Shown: piece after piece, positions 15,033 to 18,510 of the stretch
Numbering within the stretch: position 1 is the first letter of the stretch
Layout of the letters: the number at the start of each line of letters is the position of its first letter
Assembly: GCA_031364845.1 (NCBI GenBank)
Contig: JANLWX010000044.1
Coordinates: 1 to 18,510 of the forward strand
Direction: 5' to 3'
Source: Candidatus Eiseniibacteriota bacterium
GTDB taxonomy: Bacteria; Eisenbacteria; RBG-16-71-46
DNA: 18,510 nucleotides
Program-made: the position numbers and the translations under genes
The notes under the pieces: generated by a model
Told to the model about the DNA's origin: nothing
Databases searched by the model: none
The model's input: the letters and a program-made list of their open reading frames with translations, nothing else

Positions 15033-16240
15033 GGTTCGCCCGTGAGTCGCTGCGCCGCGGAATGCGATCGTTGGTTGCAGGCATCACATGCATCGCATGC
15101 CTGCACTGCGCGTCCGTCGAGGCGCAGCACGCGGACACGATCGCGGCCTCGGAACCGCCGCCGTTCGTCGCGGGCGGATACGACGACAAGCCGCATCTGC
15201 GCGGATTGTTCGGACGGATTGCCGTCGGCGGTTATGCGGAGTTGCACGCGCTGTGGCAGCGCGAGGACGGCGCCACCGACGATGCGGGATTCCTGCTCAA
15301 GCGCTGGAACCTGCTCACCTCGACGCGCGTGAGCGATCACGTTCACGTGTGGGCGGAAGTCGAAATCGAAGAGGGCGGGGAAGAAGTCCGGCTCGAGCTG
15401 GCGCAGATGGATTTCCTGTGCCATCCCCGCCTCAACTTGAGAGGCGGGATGCTGTTGCTGCCGCTCGGCAGATTCAACCTCGCCCACGACTCGCCGCGAA
15501 ACGAATTCACCGACCGCCCGTTGGTCGCCACCGATCTGATCGGAACCGCGCTCGCGATGCCGGGCCTGGGAATGTTCGGGCGCTTCGGGGCCGGGGCGAC
15601 GGGCAGTGCGACCTACGAACTCTACGCTGTCAACGGATTCGACGGCGGAATCATCGACGCATCGTCCGATGGAACCCGGCTGACCGAAGGCGGCGTCAAC
15701 GTTGAAGACAACAACGCGTCGCCCGCCGTGGTCGCGCGCACGGCATGGATGCCGGCCGAAGGCAGCGAGTTCGGACTCTCCGCGTTCACCGGCGCCTACA
15801 ACCGCTTTCGCATCGAAGGCCTCGATGTCGACGAGCGGCGCAGCGTCCGCATCGGATCGATCGATGCCCGCACGCGCCTGCTCGGACTCGAGTGGAACGG
15901 AGAGGCGGCGGCGGTGGAGGTCGACGTGCCGCCCGGACTCGGCGGCATCTACGCGAGCCGGCAATCGGGATTCTTCGTCGAGTCCCGCCGCGTGTTCGGC
16001 CGGCGCTGGATCCCATCGATGCCCGCCGCGTCGTTCTCCGCGGGCGCGCGGGTCGAAGGCGTGGACTTCGATCGCGATCTCGCCGGCGACTCGCGCATTC
16101 AGCTGACCGGCGGGTTGCACTTTCGCCCGACACCCGAGACGGTGTTCAAGCTGGATTACGCGAGGTCGAGGAGCCGCGACCGGTTCCACAACCCCGCCGA
16201 AGGCGCCGCATTGAAGTTCAGTCTCACGAGCTACTTTTGA
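15029..16240 (+). CDS. Porin-like outer-membrane beta-barrel protein
   Basis: GTG start overlaps the DHOR TGA (ATG 15062 is an alternative). Probable signal ending VEA|Q. VGGYAE, AEVEIEEG, RGGMLLLPLGRFN..HD.P, amphipathic strands, FRPTPETVFKLDY and C-terminal LTSYF (terminal-Phe BAM signal). Confidence 0.8.
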   Translation: MRFARESLRRGMRSLVAGITCIACLHCASVEAQHADTIAASEPPPFVAGGYDDKPHLRGLFGRIAVGGYAELHALWQREDGATDDAGFLLKRWNLLTSTRVSDHVHVWAEVEIEEGGEEVRLELAQMDFLCHPRLNLRGGMLLLPLGRFNLAHDSPRNEFTDRPLVATDLIGTALAMPGLGMFGRFGAGATGSATYELYAVNGFDGGIIDASSDGTRLTEGGVNVEDNNASPAVVARTAWMPAEGSEFGLSAFTGAYNRFRIEGLDVDERRSVRIGSIDARTRLLGLEWNGEAAAVEVDVPPGLGGIYASRQSGFFVESRRVFGRRWIPSMPAASFSAGARVEGVDFDRDLAGDSRIQLTGGLHFRPTPETVFKLDYARSRSRDRFHNPAEGAALKFSLTSYF

Positions 16241-16291
16241 AGCCATGATGAATTCGAATGATCCGCCGCGGTCCGATACGGGGAGCCGAAC

Positions 16292-16978
16292 ATGGCAGCG
16301 CTGACCCGCTCGAAACAGGACTACTTGAAGGCGCTGTTCGCGCTCGGCCCCGACGGCGCGACGATCACGACCTCGAGCCTCGCCGCACGGCTCGGCGTGT
16401 CGGCGCCCTCGGTGACCAACATGCTCGGCCGCCTCGCCAAGGAGAAGCTCGTCTCCCACACGCCGCGCGCCGGCGCGCGCCTCACCGCGCGCGGACGGCG
16501 CGCGGCGATCGAGATGGTGCGCCGCCACCGCATTCTCGAGACGTTCCTCGTGCGCGTGCTGGGACTCGACTGGGCCCTGGTGCACGAGGACGCCGAAGTG
16601 CTCGAACACCACATCAGCGATCGCGTGCTGGAGGCGATCGATCGGCTGGTGGGACATCCGGCCGAGGATCCGCACGGGCACATGATTCCCGATCGCAACG
16701 GCCACATGCCGCAGCGCGCGTTGCAGCCGCTCGCGAGTCTTCCGCATGGCGCCAAGGCGGTCGTGCGCGAGATTCGCGATGCCGATCTGGCGCGGATGTC
16801 GCGGTGGAAGGACGCGGGACTGGTGCCCGGTGCCGCGGTTCGAATGATGAAGGTTCATGCCCTCGATGATGTCTTCGAGGTCGATGTCGCGGGGCAGCGT
16901 CTCGTGATCGGCAGCGAAGGGCTCGAAGGCGTGATGGTGGAGATCGCGCGTCGCCGCGGCGAAAGGAGTTCGAGATGA
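16292..16978 (+). CDS. mntR: DtxR/MntR-family metal-dependent repressor with C-terminal FeoA/SH3-like domain
   Basis: QDYLKALF, HTH LAARLGVSAPSVTNML, RRHRILETFL, HEDAEVLEH and DPHGHMIP. Glu at the position of DtxR Cys102 is typical of Mn-responsive SloR/TroR/MntR-type members. Confidence 0.9.
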   Translation: MAALTRSKQDYLKALFALGPDGATITTSSLAARLGVSAPSVTNMLGRLAKEKLVSHTPRAGARLTARGRRAAIEMVRRHRILETFLVRVLGLDWALVHEDAEVLEHHISDRVLEAIDRLVGHPAEDPHGHMIPDRNGHMPQRALQPLASLPHGAKAVVREIRDADLARMSRWKDAGLVPGAAVRMMKVHALDDVFEVDVAGQRLVIGSEGLEGVMVEIARRRGERSSR

Positions 16979-18510
16979 CACCACGGGAGAACCGTTCGCT
17001 TCCTGAAGTGCACCGCTCCGTGCCGATTCCCGTAGCGGGGTCGTGGTTCCGCCGCCTGTTCGCGTTCGCGGGGCCGGCCTATCTCGTGAGCGTCGGCTAT
17101 ATGGATCCCGGCAACTGGGCCACCGATCTCGCCGGCGGCGCGCGTTTCGGATACCAGCTCATCTGGGTGCTGTTGATGAGCAACCTGATGGCCGTGCTCC
17201 TGCAGACGCTTTCGGCGCGCCTCGGCGTTGTGACCGGCAAGGACCTGGCGCAGGCGTGCCGCGACTGGTATCCGCGCGCGCTGGTATGGCCGCTGTGGAT
17301 CCTGTGCGAGATCGCGATCATCGCGTGCGATCTGGCCGAAGTGCTCGGGGCCGCGATCGGACTGCAGCTGCTGTTCGGCGTCCCGATCCTCACCGGCGTG
17401 TTGATCACCGCACTCGACGTGCTGCTGCTGCTCGCGCTGTCGCGGCTCGGCATGCGGCGGATGGAAGCGTTCATCATCACGCTGGTGGCCACGATCGGCG
17501 GCTGCTTCGCGATCGAGATGATCCTCTCGAAGCCCGAGATCCCGGCCATCCTGCGCAGCCTGATCCCTCGCGATGAGACGGGCAGCATCAGCCTGTTCGG
17601 CCGCGACGCCAAGGGCTCGTTCACGGTGCTCGGCCTTTCGAACGAGTCGCTCTACATCGCGATGGGAATCTTGGGCGCCACCGTGATGCCCCACAATCTC
17701 TATCTGCACAGCGCGCTGGTCCAGAGCCGAGCCGTCGCGGAGTCGGTCGCGGCGAAACGCGAAGCATGCAAGATGAATCTGGTCGACTCGGCGGTCGCGC
17801 TCAACTGCGCGTTCTTCGTGAACGCGGCGATCCTGGTGCTCGCCGCGGCGGTGTTCCACTCCTCGGGACACCAGAACGTCGCGAAGCTCGAGGACGCGCA
17901 CCGGCTGCTCGCTCCCTTGCTCGGCACGGCACTCGCCTCAACCCTGTTCGCGATCGCGCTGCTCACGTCGGGCCAGGCGAGCACGATCACCGGAACGCTC
18001 GCGGGCCAGATCGTCATGGAAGGCTTCCTGCACTGGCGCATCCGCCCGTGGATGCGGCGCATGATCAGCCGCAGTCTCGCGATCATCCCCGCGGTGGTGT
18101 TCATCTCGATCCGCGGCACGGACGCCGTCGACGATCTGCTGGTGCTTTCGCAGGTCGTGCTCAGCATGCAGTTGTCGTTCGCCGTGATCCCGCTGATCAG
18201 CTTCACCAGCGATCGCGAGAAGATGGGAGAGTTCGCGAACAAGAAGTGGGTCGTGGTCCTCGCCCTCGTCACCGCGACCATCATCGTCGGTTTGAACGCG
18301 AGCCTCGTGATCCAGCAGGTGCAGGGCTGGTTCGCCGCGGCCGGCCCCAATTCCTTCTGGCTGTGGGTCACGGTAATGCCCATCGTCAGCGCATTGGTGT
18401 TGCTGCTCGCCTACATCACCGTCCACCCGTGGCTGCGGAAGTTCGCGCCGCCGTGGATGTGGGCGTCTCAGCCCGAGAGCGCCTTGCATCGCGCCCGGAG
18501 TAGCCCGCCG
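16975..18510 (+). CDS. mntH: NRAMP-family Mn2+/Fe2+ transporter MntH, 3' end runs off the window
   Basis: Not in the ORF track (no stop in the window). ATG 16975 overlaps the mntR TGA. Manual translation shows GPAYLVSVGYMDPGNW, LQTLSARLGVVTGKDLA, DLAEVLG, GATVMPHNLYLHS, GQASTITGTLAGQIVMEGF and SQVVLSMQL. Confidence 0.95.
   Translation, partial: MTPRENRSLPEVHRSVPIPVAGSWFRRLFAFAGPAYLVSVGYMDPGNWATDLAGGARFGYQLIWVLLMSNLMAVLLQTLSARLGVVTGKDLAQACRDWYPRALVWPLWILCEIAIIACDLAEVLGAAIGLQLLFGVPILTGVLITALDVLLLLALSRLGMRRMEAFIITLVATIGGCFAIEMILSKPEIPAILRSLIPRDETGSISLFGRDAKGSFTVLGLSNESLYIAMGILGATVMPHNLYLHSALVQSRAVAESVAAKREACKMNLVDSAVALNCAFFVNAAILVLAAAVFHSSGHQNVAKLEDAHRLLAPLLGTALASTLFAIALLTSGQASTITGTLAGQIVMEGFLHWRIRPWMRRMISRSLAIIPAVVFISIRGTDAVDDLLVLSQVVLSMQLSFAVIPLISFTSDREKMGEFANKKWVVVLALVTATIIVGLNASLVIQQVQGWFAAAGPNSFWLWVTVMPIVSALVLLLAYITVHPWLRKFAPPWMWASQPESALHRARSSPP

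Noticed and set aside
15089..15109. CIACLHC in the porin N-terminus as a heme-binding motif
   Set aside because: It is not CXXCH (His is one residue too far) and lies within the predicted signal peptide.
13775..16294. Identical GCCGAACATG at the DHOR and mntR starts as an insertion scar
   Set aside because: The same string also occurs antisense within pilC (about 2628-2637), so chance is plausible. There is no mobile element evidence.

Overview
High-GC Gram-negative bacterial DNA. A PorV-like barrel, a T9SS-type/FlgD-Ig C-terminal domain and Gln at +1 of several secreted proteins suggest an FCB-group lineage (inference). There are four blocks. (1) Minus strand, 1-6334: a type IV pilus operon, pilT-pilB-pilC-pilin-pilV-like-pilW-like-pilX-like (truncated by the window edge). 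PilB has a tandem MshEN motif and PilT has lost both His-box histidines. (2) Plus strand, 6895-10108: two secreted fibronectin-III proteins and a PorV/PorQ-family barrel. Both FN3 proteins appear to begin without their first beta-strand, and the first ends with an orphan copy of that strand, which suggests donor-strand assembly. (3) Minus strand, 10217-13552: a 2-oxoacid dehydrogenase cluster in the non-canonical order E1beta-E2-E1alpha, with no E3. (4) Plus strand, 13782-end: a di-heme c (DHOR) lipoprotein, a porin-like barrel, a DtxR/MntR repressor and an MntH/NRAMP transporter, preceded by two tandem TTAG-N6-CTAA operators. The convergent gap at 10109-10216 can fold into a four-helix RNA structure. 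All calls come from manual motif reading; no searches were run.
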